Below, in pieces: positions 1-13,466 of a stretch of DNA of 64,000 bases. Numbering within the stretch: the first letter of the stretch is position 1; each line of letters begins with the position of its first letter. The stretch lies in assembly GCA_965178125.1 (NCBI GenBank), contig OZ237770.1, forward strand, positions 248,001-312,000, given 5' to 3'. Source of the stretch: Bilabrum cf. latius. Lineage: Eukaryota. The position numbers and the translations under genes are program-made. The notes beneath the pieces are model-generated. The model was not told the DNA's origin and made no database searches. It saw only the letters and a list, made by a program, of their open reading frames with translations.

Positions 1-424
1 TGACTTTAGCATGCCCATAATGGAGGCCCTGTGAGGTGAAATCGCGCCGGATCCACCGCTCAATTGCAGACGTGTCTTGACTGTATCTAATGGATACAAG
101 CACAGCAGCTCTGCGCATCCAGCAGCGCCACCAGCGACTACAGTTTCCCCGAACATCGTCCACTTGGCAGAATAGTCCGTGCTAGTTCCTTTTACAGCGG
201 CACGATTGCTCTTAAATCCCATCATGTTTTGGTACATGCCAGTAACATGATATCTGCTTGAAGTCTCAGTCGCATTTGTAGCCGTCATGGCACACGGCCT
301 GAGATTCGAGCTGTGATGGCTTCGAGTTGCAGTTGACATCATGCGCGCAGCAGCGGTTTCGTGAATGTTGCGTGTAGAATGAAAAAACCTCAGGTGCACA
401 TATTCATCAACAGCTCTCTAAGCA

Positions 425-2134
425 ATGAGTGGAAGGCATCCAGGAAGTGATTTTGGTGGATGGCTCATATCTGGGGCAGTTACAGGAGGTGTGGCGGCTC
501 TTGCAATGATGATGTACCGAAAACAGCGGCATGATGCAGATTTGTAAGTGCGCCCTTGCCTCCAAAAAGATCACCTGGCATTGATAGGCCATTTGCATTA
601 TTCCGCGTATGTGATAATTACTCATGGTGCAACGGTGCTCGCTCGCAGGCTTGCTCAGATACCCCAGCGGACGGCGGCCGAGATTCAGGAGCTTGTCAGG
701 CAGACTTCTCTTGGGGGGAACGAGCCGCCGCTTGTTGCCACGCGTGGCGCCACCGCGCCATCGATGGCTTCTTCATAGCCAAGGCTAAGAATACCGGGCC
801 TCAAAGCAGACATGCTTGCGGTGGAGCAGAGCACGTTCCTTCATGCGCAGCGGGCGGTCATTGTCAAGAAGCCCAAGCCGTCGTCGCAGGGGGGAGCAAG
901 AACACAATTGGAGCAGTCCAGCGGTGGTCGCATGGACGGCACCGTCCTTCGATTCGAACAACAAGCCGGTGGAAGCAGCAGCAGCAGCAGCAGCGGCGGT
1001 GTTGGCAGTGGGCCAGCACCGCACCGGCAGTTGCGACCAAACTCGCAGCAGGAGTACAGAGCAGCTCCGGGAGCGCCCAGCGCACCGCCAGCCGATGCTT
1101 CCAATGAGTAGGACCCTCCCATTCGAAACGACAGGACCGCTGGCAGAGAAGAAGAAGATCCGCAGGCGCTGTCGGGGTCAGGTCGCCAATCCACCGGTGG
1201 AGCCGGTACCCCACGCGGCCAGGACCATCGCCGGGCCACATCGCCCACGCCCGGATTCTGGGGCGGAAGTTCCTCCTCCTCCTCCTCCTCCTCCTCCTCC
1301 TCCTCCTCCTCCTCCTCCTCGGCGACTTCGTCCTCGTCACAGGGGCCTGCCAGTGGTCCCACCCAGCCCACGGAGGCCCCTTTTGACCTCGAGATCAAGC
1401 TGCTCAAGGAGCGCAAGCCCGAGTCTACGTACCGGTCCCAGCTGCCCTTCTCGGTGATAGATGAGACAGGGCGAGTTGAGGTTGCGACCGGCGGCGGCAT
1501 GCCGGAGCCGCCGCTGGAGCCAGTCAGGACCCAGCACGTTGTGTTTGACGCCCTGAGCCCGGAGGACAGGTACCAGGCGGGGCGATCGGAGCTGCGGATC
1601 TCGGAGGTGAGGCATCACGAGGCCTCGGGGGTTAGAACCACCAGCTGGCCCAGCCCGCCGGCGTACGGGAAAGTGCCCCAATCCCCGGAGGCGGCCGAAT
1701 CTTTTTCGTCTCGAGAGATAACGTGGTCTGCGCTCCCGGTCGGCACCGTGCTTACGGTGGTCGGCACCGCACGGCGGCTGACCGAAGCAGGGCCTGACGC
1801 GGTCGAGATCGGACCTGGGACTCGGGGCGGGCCCGCCTATGTGACGAGTGAGACGCTTCCATCCCTTGTGCGTAGGCTCGACTCAACGGCTAGTATCACC
1901 TACGGCGTGACTGTGGCGATCGGATTCGTGGCTGGCGCCTTGACTGCAGTGGGGGTGTGGAAGCTGGGACAATGGGCTTGGTCCAGGCTTGGCGCGGGTG
2001 GTGAAAGCGGTCGATCCACCGGTGGAGTGTCGGGGCGGGGCACCGGGGTGCCCCTCATCGGTGATGACGAGTGGGGCGACGATGGCAGCGGCAGCGGTGG
2101 GCGGGGATATGGGGGGGGAGCAAGGCGACGATAA
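425..2134 (+). CDS. GIDE-domain membrane protein (MUL1/SP1-like, no RING finger seen)
   Basis: ATG 425; N-terminal TM (WLISGAVTGGVAALAMMMY); GT-AG intron 544-648; ORFs 548, 812 and 1454 share one frame joined through TAG at 776 and 1109; GIDE-like motifs FSVIDETGRVEV and ALPVGTVLTVVG...AYVTSETLPSLV followed by a TM; ends TAA 2132-2134. Confidence 0.7.
1271..1320 (+). repeat. (TCC)n trinucleotide repeat, poly-Ser in the GIDE gene frame
   Basis: Directly visible tcc run. Confidence 0.95.
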
Positions 2135-3043
2135 GGAAGATGACCCGCGCGGGTCTCCCAGCCCAGTGTCAGGAGGCGCGACCAAGTCCATGGACGAGTC
2201 ATCGAGGCCTCCGGACCAGGTGGTGTGGCACTGAGTCTCATAGCATGGCGGTGATCACACCTAAGCTATGGTTATACGGATTCAAGGTGGCCTAGGTGCA
2301 ATATCTACTGGAGTCCCACTGATCCTGTGGTTAGGGTTGAGAATACACGAGGAGAACTGCCACACTGACTCGACTGACCCAGGGCATTGGGAGGCTTCGC
2401 GTTTTGCCGAAGCGCGGCATGCCATTTTGACACGAGTAGCAAGAGAGAGAATGAAAAGCGGATGCAAACGATAGTTGCGGCTCCTTGCAGTCCCGACTGA
2501 ACGGCTGAATGAAAAGCGGTGCGGAGCCAGAGCTGCAACAATGGCGCGACTCGCGCGACACAAGCTTTTGCCCGACGCGCATGGTGCGCATGGACCCGCA
2601 AGAGGCCTTGGAAGGATAATGCGGCTTGTACCTACGCGGAGAACGCCATGCAACTTCCGGAATTTTTTTTTGAAGATCGGAGCGATCCGTCTGATGCCTC
2701 ACTTGGCACGCGAGCAGCGGGCGGCCCACTTCTCCAGCTCTTAAACAGGACCAAAGCTATGCCGTGAGTGTCTTACTGATATTTCAATGGTACAATACTC
2801 CGATCATTTGCAACAGCGACACGCGCATATGATTGATGCGCTATATTCTCTGTACGAGTCCCGCCACGGGCCGGAGCTAGTTATCCCGGCTACAACGGAA
2901 TAATAGTTGTCCCCTTCTGGCCATGTATAGCGACTGCACACGCAGCCAGAGCAATTAAATCCCCAGTAGAAGTTCTATGTTGCATTGACTTGGTTTGCTT
3001 GCACAAGCTGGGCGTGATGCACCGTTAGTTCTGAACCGCGGTA

Positions 3044-6000
3044 ATGCCCTTGTTGACGTGGCATCTGACGTTTCGCAGCGAATCGGAGCAAGACAGGAAA
3101 CAAGATCACCACGAGGACGAAGGATGTTCTCCTTCAATAGTGGTTCATTCACTTGAAAGCGCATTCGCTGCCTACGGGTCCTATATTGGAGGAGCATCAA
3201 CGCTGACGCTGTCAATGTTCATCGGCTCCGTCGTGTTCGTTGTCGGAGTTCTTGGTGGAGGCATGGCTCTTCTATCTCCTACGGCGGATAGCGAATTTTT
3301 GTACACGCCAATTAACTCGCAGGCGCACAAGGACCGAGCGGAGCTTCGGAGGCTGTTTCCCACGAACGCGTCATCATTCGGTTCGTTTTCGATATACCGC
3401 GACGACCGCGAAAATGCATGGACTCCCGAGGCATTCCGTGCAGCGAATGCGCTGCATGCGTTTGCCCAGACTATCAGCGCTTCGCATGACGGCGACACCT
3501 TCACGCTGGAGGATGTGTGCGACCGCGGATCGACTAGCCTCTGCTCCGGTGACATCCCGATGGGCTGCCTGCAGGCCTGGCACAGCAACAACTCATATGT
3601 GCCGGCCACTCAGAGTGAAATGCACGTATCCTTCCCCGTGTGCATTGACACGGCCCAGGAATCGGGACTTTTCGTCCCTCTGGCTCTCGGCAACCCGACC
3701 ACCGGCCCCTCGGCCTCTGGCAGCGGACTGGTCGCAACCGGGGCAGAGGCCATCCGGGTCACCTACGACGTGAGCTACGAGCGCGACGATGAGGACGCCG
3801 AGGCGCGAGCACTCGCCTGGGAGGTGGCATTCGCGGAGGAGATGGGCGACCGCATCGAGCAGCTCAAGCGGACAGGCGTGATTCCCGAAGGCTACGAGGC
3901 CGTGCGGCTGACGGACCAGAGTCTCGATGCGGCGCTAGAGGAGAGCGTGGGCGGAGACTTCCTCTACATCGCCCTTACGTTCATCCTCATGACCTGCCTG
4001 GTGTCGGCGATTTCCTTCTCAAGAAACGTGGTTCAGAACAAGGCGCTGCTCTCTCTCGCCGCCGTGTCGGCCACCGGCATCGCGATCCCCTCCGCCTTTG
4101 GTCTGTGCAGCTACATCGGGATCCCGTTCGTGTCCATCGTGGGCGTGTCTCCCTTCCTGCTCCTGGCCCTGGGCATCGACAACGGGCTCGTCATCCTGGC
4201 GTCCTATCTGCGGACCCCGTCCTCGCTGTCGTCACAGAGGAGGATGGAGCTGATGATGAGAGATGCGGGGTGAGAGAGTACAACGAATGCAATCGAATCG
4301 CGCGGTTTCGTCGTTTTCGAACGCAGCCATGGTTTTCCCATCTCCGCGTCGTGTGTAGCTACTGTTTTCCTCGGCCCCTTCCTGAATTTGACCCATTCAC
4401 CGCAGTGTGGCCATTACGCTGACCACCGTCACCGACATCCTGGCGTTCGCGCTGGGTGCGATTTCTCCATTCAACGCCGTCAAGATATTCTGCGCGTACA
4501 CTGGTGTGGGTATTTTGCTAGCTTATTTCTGCATGCTGTTCCTCTTCGCTCCGATCATGGTGCTGGACGCTCGTCGGGAGGAAGCCGGCCTCTCCAGCTG
4601 GACCTGCCAGCCCGTGGAGGACGACAAATCGAAATCGGTGGCCGACGCGAAGGGCGGGGATGTGGAAGGCGCAAACATCGCCAGCGATGTCGGGGCCAGT
4701 GCGCCAAGGGACAATCCCGTGACCTCAGCCCGATCCACCGGTGGATCAGCAACAACCCGGGATGGCAGGCCCACGAGCCCCTCCCAAGTCGCACCCGCGC
4801 CCGATGGTCCCACCACTGTGCATGGCAAGGCAGTGCACACCGACGACGAGGATTACGTTGGTTCCTCTTGGGACTGGTGCTTTGGAAACGTGCTGGCGCC
4901 CGCTGTGCTGTCGCCCATCGGCAAGACGGTGGTGATGGTGCTGTGGGTTGCCGCGCTAGGCGTGTCTGCCTGGGGATTCTCTCAGCTGGAGCAGGGCCTA
5001 CAGCTGCAGCAGCTGGCGCCCGACGGGCACTACTTCATACAGTCTCAGGATGCCGAGGTGGAGTTCTTCAACTTGGGCATCCCCTTCCAGGTGCTTGTTC
5101 CCTCGGGTGAACCGGGCACGGATGAGCACGTCGACTTCAGCAAGGCTGCCACGCGCGATGCACTCACTGCCTATGGACCGGGCATCGTGTCGGCGGACGA
5201 CGAGGCAGATAGTTCGGATGCCATTTGGACGAGCGCATTCAACGCATACCTCGCTGGGCAGACGCCCGACCTCAGCGGGGCGGATCTCAGTGCCGCCGAT
5301 TTCCAGGCGCAGCTCCTGGGCTTCCTGTCCGATGCCGCGTCCTCCGGACCCGTCCTGTCTACGCTATCGCTGATCAACGCCAGGACGGACACGATCTACA
5401 AGCCCGTGCAGGGAGTACCCGATGCCGTGCGCGACATGCAGGCAGGGGATGAGGTGCGTGTGGTTGCCTCTCTGGTCACCGTGAGGTCCGTTGTGCTTGA
5501 CGGGGACGAGGCGCAGGCAGATGCCATGGTGTCTCTACGTGACACCATCGTCGACGTGGCTCGGCAGATCGAACGGGAGAATGAGGGCGTGTCTCTTAAC
5601 TCGGGCAGCGTGAAGCTGGCCCAGGAATTCCTCGTCTTCTTCGAGCAGTACCTCGTCATCGTGAGCAGCACCATCACCACCACTGGTCTAGCGGCCGTGG
5701 CGATCCTCGCGGTGGCGGCTCTGCTGCTGCCCCGCCTGCAGGCCATCGGGATCGTCGTGCTGGCTCTCGTGAGCATCTTCGTGATGCTATTTGGCTTCAT
5801 GCGGGCGGTGGACATCAAGCTCAATACCGTGTCTGCCATCAACCTCGTGCTGGCCATCGGTCTGTCGGTTGATGCGGTGGCGCACGTGACCCATGCCTTC
5901 CTCACCAGCCCCGGTTAGGACAAGAACATCACATCCAGGGCCAGCAGCAAGAGCCTGGCGGTTGTCAAGAGCGCTAGCAAGCGGTGGACCGAGGAGCCTT

Positions 6001-6464
6001 GGTTCGGGGGAGAGATGCGGTATGAACGAGGCAAAGCCGCGCTCGAGGAGATGGGCAGGCCCGTGTTTCAGGGTGGTATCAGCTCGCTGCTGGGCCTGGT
6101 GCTGCTGTACATTGGGGCATCGTCCTACATCTTCGTGGTCTTTTCCGTGCTGTTGATTGCGGTGATCGTGCTCGGGTTGCTGCACGCAATGTTCGTACTG
6201 CCGGTGCTGCTCTCGCTGTTCGGGCCCGGGCCTGTGCTGGCCGTTGATCTCGGTGCAGAGGCGGTTGAGGGGGGCGAAGAAGGGGGCAAGGGGAGGACAA
6301 GCCCGCTGCAGCAGCGGTCGGCAGGGAAGGAGATCGAGATGGGCGAGCGCAAGGGAAGCGGGAGGCAGGTTGTGTCCGTGCTGACTGCCGGAGGGGGGCC
6401 CAAGGAGATGGAGGGAAAGCAAGTGGCACGGGCCAGCGTCCGTGGAGGGGCAGCTGGAGTATGA
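3044..6464 (+). CDS. Patched/NPC1-like sterol-sensing RND-family membrane protein
   Basis: SSD motifs (VSPFLLLALGIDN; AG/VAITLTTVTD across intron 4270-4405); second TM half with LAIGLSVDAVAH; in-frame TAG 5916-5918 before the last TM helices (GLLHAMFVLPVLLS); ends TGA 6462-6464. True 5' start uncertain. Confidence 0.85.
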
Positions 6465-6616
6465 TTGGAATGCCAGCTGGCCTCTGCGACCGCCGATGGA
6501 TGGCGCACTGTATCACAGATCTATGGATAGCCCAGAGGTTTATGGATAGTTTGATTTATGTTGCCTGCCTGTTTCAGCTCCTTCTTGTGTGTTAGCTTGC
6601 ACTCTAGAGTCTAAAC

Positions 6617-8272
6617 CAGGGCTGCGCGTTATTAAGGGCTCCTTAAATAACGTGGATTTTCACCCGCGGAGGCCTTAATAACGGAAGTCACTTTGTCGCC
6701 TCAACACCCCATAACAATGGGCAAAAATACTAAATATAGTTTAAATACTTAATATTTTATTCGTATGGGCAGATTTATTATCGATGTTGGTATTATTGAG
6801 CCAGTATGAGCGTGCTACAATTCAATCCTTCAACGTCCAACCCACGCAGGTCGGCATTAGGCCAAGAAAAGGCAGACAACGCCGCCAAAGTCTAGCACGC
6901 ATAGCATGGTCGAATAATGCCTACTCAGAATAGCCTGCTGGTATTCGTAAATTTCACCAGGCTAAGAGTGCAGCTGAGCTACTACTGAAGCTAGGTGCAG
7001 GGCTCCTTTTGGGTGCAAGACTGTGTGGCCCGACCGGACATTACTCTAATGTACTCCACATTGTTACTGGTATTGATACAATATCCGGTGCGAAGGAGCT
7101 TGAGGCGCGATTAATGCGTCTGCTGGTGCAGCACGACGATCCGGGATCTGCACACCCTTGTACCTGGGCTCCCCAACACCTTCTCAGAGAGCCCGAAGCA
7201 AAGGCTATGGCGTCTTGCTGGCGGACTCAGCGTGCTAGAACTATACAGGCGTAGGAAACGAAGGGAAAGCACGCCATATCCGCGATACTGAAGATGAATT
7301 TGGATGCATTATCGTTGGCTGTTCGGGCTCCTCGGGTCTTGGGCAAGGCATGGCTCGAGAAGAACAAGTGGTGGATGCTGCCAAGCACCGCCGTTGGCTT
7401 TGCGTTCATCACTGCTGAGGATGGGCTGGTGCTGATGGATTCGTACGAAGCTTAGGCATACCACAAGCGTGAGCTTCTCCGACCGAAGCAGACGCAATAG
7501 CATCTGTTGGGTAGGCAGGCCGCAATGACGCCCTTAACAAGGATCTCGCACCAGGAATAACCATCGGGCAGGCTGCAGATGACGGTACATGTTTGTTCAA
7601 CTCGCTTGTGCAGCTGCTTCCTAAGGGCCCGACCACCTCATAGCCTTGTAGGTTGCGCAAGGCCATCGTTGACGAGGTCGAAAAGGGCATGGGCGACTTC
7701 GTCAGGGGAGGCTCGACAGTTCTTGAGAAGATGATGCAGACACCTGACGGCACGGAAAAGATGCTGATCTTGTAGTAGTACGTGAACATGCGCAAGGACG
7801 GTGTGAGGGGTGGTCAAATCGAAGAAATGGCTGCAGCGAGGGCGCTATCGTGGTCTGTACCCTTGGACCTGATGCGTACTTCTACTCGGTGCATGTCCCC
7901 TCCTCATCCCGTCAAGTGGTCGCCATACACTTGATGGGCTCCCACTACAGCCCGTGCCATGCAAGCCATGTGGTTCTGCGAGCCTTGGTCGTCGAGCACG
8001 AGTGAAGGGTGTCATGGCTTCTTGTGGCTATCCGGCAAGCGTCACAGCCTGGATAACTACCAGAATGTATTGCTTTGTAGTATACTAAGATGTTGTTTAT
8101 AGTATGTGGCATATATATCATGCATAACTCCCAATGTAAGGACTAAATGAAGAAGATCCAATGACCCGATCTTAATAACGTGGATTATTTTGAAAATCCT
8201 GTTAATCACCGGCTTAATCACGGATCTTGGGTCCCGGTATTAAGGTTTTGGCCTTAATAACGCACAGCCCTG
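6617..8272 (+). mobile_element. Non-autonomous hAT-like TIR element carrying decayed OTU-like cysteine protease sequence
   Basis: TIRs CAGGGCTGCGCGTTATTAAGG / CCTTAATAACGCACAGCCCTG; perfect 8-bp TSD GTCTAAAC (6609-6616, 8273-8280); subterminal CTTAATAACG repeats; internal DDGTCLFNSL...LRKAIV...YVNMRKDGVRGGQIEE...IHLMGSHY split by frameshifts. Confidence 0.85.
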
Positions 8273-8350
8273 GTCTAAACTAAGGTAGTGTAGCCACCAA
8301 TTTAACATTGAGGCATTTGGTTCTTTTAGCCGTAGTACGAGTAGAAATTG

Positions 8351-9325
8351 TCAGCTGCAACAGCACTCGAAGCCCACGCCAGACGAATTGTCCTCTTGTT
8401 CTGCTACACTCTCCAGTGCACCACTTCCAGTCTATTCAGTAGATCTCTCATCTGCAGCACTGCTCCCCGATATGCGCACCGACTGCTGAGAGACGCTAGC
8501 AATAGGACCAGTCTCGTGGGTCCGCTCGTCCCGTGCTAATTGTCCCTGTCGATACCCCGCGAGGTGCAGTGTCTCCACTCCCAGGGCGGCGGCCCCAGCG
8601 CTGACTAGATCGAGTGTGGAAACACCCTGCGATTCAGCGGCGCGCAGGACATCCAGGGTTTCAGTGTACATGGGCAACCACCCGCGCCTGTCTACGACCT
8701 CGCCCCATCCGTTCATCTCGGAGCCCAGCGGCCGGCCGGGCGGCCTTGGAATGTGGAAGCAGAGCATGAAATAGTCCCCGCGTATCTCATCCAGTGCTGT
8801 AAAGGCGTCCCCCACCGCTACATCCCAGCACGCCCGGCCGCCAGCATCCCTTGCCTTGATGTACACGTCTGCATTGCGGATGCCATACGCAAGCACCCTC
8901 ACGCACTCTCCATGACCAGCCGCGCATGCTGCCGTCAGTGCATTGCACCCTCGCATCAGGGTGGACGTGCTCGTGCCGCCGTTTACCGAATCGCCCAGAA
9001 CGCGTGCATCCTGTGTTCTCCAATGACCTCCCGCCAGCCTGCCCAGCCTCAGCCGCTTGCCCAGCTCCAGGGGCCTGCCCTCGCTCGCCGCCTAGAACAC
9101 CATCCCAGCGTCCCTCTTGGCCTCCACTGCCCGTCTCCAGTGCAGCATGTGTCGCGTGCGTTTACGGGATGGGTTGTAGAACTGCACCCCCTTGAGGTGC
9201 TCCTCCCTGCCCGGCAGTCTCTCAAACAGGGCCTCGAGCCAAGCCGCGTGACTATCTCGGCACTCTAGCACGCAAGACCGGAAGAAGTCAACAACCTCAG
9301 GGTCTTGCCAGTGTCCGAACAACAT
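8351..9325 (-). CDS. Ankyrin-repeat-containing protein (3' part; further 5' exons likely toward ~9800)
   Basis: ORFs 9092-9325 and 8432-8956 share a frame joined by TAG; ankyrin-like NALTAACAAGHGECVRVL and ARDAGGRACWDVA; reading through TAG 8432-8434 reaches TGA at 8351-8353. Confidence 0.55.
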
Positions 9326-10338
9326 TGGCTGTCTCTGTGCACTCTGGATTATACGCTCTAAGTATGTATTTTGTCCATATTCCTGGCGGACTGGCTAAAG
9401 GGTGGGTGAATACAAATCATATACCATGCACTGCAGACTAACGCCGGCATGCAACAGGCACACCAGGGCCTGCACATTAAACCAGTATATGGCGTCGAAT
9501 ACCAAGTTATGGTGTCCACTTCTCTGCGAATCATTTTGGGAACGGAATGCAAATATAGTCTGCAAGTAATGGTACTCATGGTACGCTATGGATGCGATTT
9601 CACAGGCCTCGGAAAGCTAACATCGTCCCATGAATGGAATCCTTTTTCCCTCATAAATAGGAATACCTCGAAGGACGCAATGGGATACCGAAGCATCGTA
9701 GTAAAAAAGTGTGAACGACGCTTTCCGAATACGGACTCTGCACCGTCCTGGACCATGGATCCCGCCGTTGGCACTTTTCGCTCGGTATACTGCGCGTCTG
9801 TCCAAAATGCAAATTTAGCATAGTTCGTAGATTATCAAGTACATATATGTGCGTATATCACTAGCTTACCTCCAAATCACACTCAAGCTCGCCTCCATGG
9901 CATAGAATCTCTTCCAAACATTCACACTTTACTGACAGTCGAGCAGCACGAATGATGCCATCTCGAAGATAAGTGTCCTGCGTATGTTCGATTCTATCGG
10001 TATTACGACCACATGATCATCTCGAGATAATTTCCGCGTTCATTTATCTTTTTCTCACCGTAGAAAGACTGCTCGTGCACAAGTTCCCGATCATCCGACC
10101 AATCGGCTTTCTGAGTAGACGCAGCAGTTCTGATCCACTATTAGGACCTTTAACTAGTATATCTGCAATGAGGGCTTTTGCCTGCCCGCGTGCACCTGCG
10201 TCCATACAGGCAAAACCAAATTACAAATTTGGTGGAGGTTGCGCGGCGAGGACGCCCACCAAAATTTGCGACCTCGGATAAAACTTCGGTTGGCTGTGTT
10301 TCACTCTGCAAACCTAATTTTATACTGTTCCTGCACAT

Positions 10339-12399
10339 ATGCCACCCAATCTATTCATAGCTCTAGTAGTTGTTTGCGTGACTGTGTTTGGAGAGCATGC
10401 TCACGGATATAGTAGAGTACGTAGAAACAGGAAGGTCTCTCGCAGCAGCGAGAATCTTTCCGCAAACTCGTTCGCACAGGAGTCCGTGACAGCCAACGCA
10501 ACCCAAAAAGACCTGATTGGTGTTCAACAAGCGTACGAGATCATTGATACTGGGAAGCTTACAGTAGGGGGCGAGACATTTGACTTTGAGCTGCACTCGG
10601 TGCTGTTCACGCTAGCAGGCTCAGACGACGAACCAAAGCGATTCAACTTCGAGTTTCACAACAAGGCCAGCACGAGCCCCAAAGAAAAAGTCGTGTTATC
10701 CATCTTGAGCAGTGATGCCACAGAGGCAGTCGGGATAGCTGGTGCAATCGGAAGGAGTAGGTCCACCCTCGATGTGAAAGATAGTGAGCAATACGGAAAC
10801 ATGCACGCGTTGCTAGCTCATGAACTGTTATATCCCACGTACAATTGCAGATAGTAGGTATGGATGATGCTACATGCTGTGGGCTTTGTAAACGACGGTC
10901 TCAGAAAGGACCTGGCTACAGCATGCTTTCGGGACTTTTGGTCGCATGATAACCATCCCGGATGTTGCTTTGATAATTGCACGGTACAATTTCAATTGCA
11001 TTGCCTTTGTCCCACATCCATGGTTGCAGACTTGAACGTGCGATCTACAGCAGCACTTTCTCTGCTTAAAGGTCACGGACTCAAAGTGGACCTTCACGAT
11101 CGATCCTACAGTGAGCACGGCGGTGACGACCTCAAGCTGGTGCGTGATGTTGCCCGAGCTGTACAGGCAGCCAATGCAGTGCCATAGAGAAGGGGATTCC
11201 TGGACCCGCAAGTGCGCAGATATGGATGGCTGCTGAACTTGGGGGTTGATGTTCAAGCTACGAAAGGTGCAGGAGCTGGGGCTGCTATGACTGGCACTGG
11301 CTCCGGCGGTCAGCTCCCCGCACTTGCACTGGCTGGCGAGGATCCTGCGACTGCGGATGGCCTGTATCCGCTTCGCGACATGGTGCGAAGAATGAATCTG
11401 CACGGAGTGGTGGCACGGTCAGGGGCTCCGACTCCCGTTCAGGCCATCGTTAAGTAGCTGCTTGACGAGGCCAACGAAATGCTACGTCGTACCGACCGGG
11501 ATGTCGCGACACCCGAGTTCGAAGACGCTCCTGCCCAGCAAACTGCAGCCGGCTCAGCTGCAAGAGACGACCCACTCGAGGTTATCGGTGCTGGAGGTGC
11601 TCTCCAAGCACCCCTTCAACCGCAGAACCCTGTCCACATCCCGGCCATCCGTGGCCCATCAATCGCGGCGCCAGCTCCGAAGCATGTTCCGATCTCAGAG
11701 GCCGAAAGGCGGGAGTCGCAAGCACATCGCCAAGCAGCAGTTGATGGTGATATGGCTGAGCAAGCGGCCGGACGCGTGCAAGGCGTCGGGGCCATGCCTG
11801 GACCACCACAAGCCCAAGCTGTCCGACTCGGCACCGGAGCGGGCGCTGTCCGCAGACCTGTTCATGCAGGCCGTGCGCCGACTGCGAGGGATAGGGACAA
11901 CGGTGCAGACGAAGCGAACGATGTGCCAGTCCCAGGAGAACTCGGCCCTCGCACCACGGGGGTGTGCAGCAGGATCGCGCAGTGCTGCATGTGTGCGACG
12001 CAAGGCTGCTCACGAGCCTGCTCAAGTCTTGGTGCAGCCGTACTGGAGATGTGTTGCCCGACTGATCCAGCGCAGCCAGGTGCAGGAGAACTGCAGTGGG
12101 ATCGCATGGAGTGGATATTGTGCGCGTCACGACTTCTCTGTTTGAAGTCCGGCATGGGTCATCTGATTTGGATCGGACTTCCACTCTTGGGCTAGAATGA
12201 GAGAATCCCTGATAGTTGCGGAGCTCCCAAGGTGCACCCGCTCGTTTTGGGATTCCTGTGGCCACACCTGCGCTTCAATTCTTGCCATCTTTGCTTAGCT
12301 TGGTACGATGAGATTGAACAAATAGTTCTTTGGTTGATACACAGCTGTTGTTTACTTCCATCATGGATCAACCGTACACCACGTCTCCTTTCGCCCTGA
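10339..12399 (+). CDS. Hypothetical secreted protein
   Basis: Signal-peptide-like MPPNLFIALVVVCVTVFGEHAHG; ORFs 10339, 10864, 11212 and 11479 share one frame broken only by TAG (10852, 10855, 11185, 11455, 12193); first TGA at 12397-12399. The 3' end is uncertain and could involve an intron. Confidence 0.55.
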
Positions 12400-13466
12400 C
12401 GTCCATGTTCTCGCAAGCAGCCCCGTAGTAGCCTCTGTAGCACCTGCACTGCCCTGCTTCGTAGTTGCAGAGGCCCCTGTTGGAGCAATCGACGTGGCAC
12501 AGGTTTCCCTCGGCTCCCGTGTTGATGTACTGGCCCGCTGACACGTCTGTGCTCAGATGGCTGCCCGACTGCCGATTGGCTTCGATTGCAGCGATGGTTG
12601 TATGCGAGTAGTAGTCTGGATTTCCGTCCGCATCCAGTGCCCCCCTCCACAACCTGCCATTATCGTCTTTCATGTGGCAGTTGGTCTCATCCAGCCAGCG
12701 GTGGTCAGGCTGAGCCCCAGTGGCGCGGGTGCGCGGGTCGTCTCCCGAGGGACACCGTCGGAGGGAGCAATCCGGACCAAAGTACTATGTTGCTTGCGTC
12801 TGCCCGTCTCCGTATCCCACCTCCCATGATGAATCGCAAACGCACCCGTATATTCTATCTTCGTCCCATGTTACCGTGGCTGGCAGGCCACCATACCTAC
12901 CGTCCGAGTGCCCGAACGGCTCGGCGTTCGCGAGATTCTGCATTTCTTTGATTGATACACACCTCCCGTGCCCGCTGCAGTCGTTTGGGCATTCCGTTCT
13001 TTCGCAGGCAGACCCTGTGAAGCCTTTGTTGCACTTGCACACTCCGATCGAGTACCGGCATGTCCCCATGTTGGAGCACTCCGCGAAGCCGTGGGCTGAA
13101 ATATCAGATGATGGAACATCTGCCCACGCCCTTCCTATGGGACAAGCTTCTGCATGGTCAAGTTGATAGGCGGGGAGGAGTGGCACAGGACTTGCTGATG
13201 GGGGAGCCCAACCGAGTGTCTGCAGTACGGGTCCTGTGCGAGTAGGCCCGCAAATGACCGAATACATTCTTACTTGCTGAACAATCTGGCGACTTAAATG
13301 CCATGATATCAGATGCAGAGCCGAAGCCGTCCTGGCATATGCAAACCTGTCTCGCTGTATCGCAAGTCCCGTGCCCGTTGCACTACCCCAAATGGTTGCA
13401 TGTCGCCCAAGCCGAGAACTGACTTGTAAAAAGAAGCAATAAGATCAGTTTAATCTTTCTTTGCAT
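12368..13466 (-). CDS. Secreted EGF/tenascin-like cysteine-rich protein
   Basis: ATG 13466 with signal peptide; CNHLG[TAG]CNGHGTC; intron 13150-13273; CPIGRAWAD, ECSNMGTC, CPNDCSGHGRC, T[TAG]YFGPDCSLRRCPSGDDP, CSNRGLC; ends TGA 12368-12370. Confidence 0.85.

Noticed and set aside
816-1500. Poly-Pro, poly-Glu and poly-Arg ORFs and other long antisense ORFs across the window
   Set aside because: Shadow frames of GC-rich genes and simple repeats.
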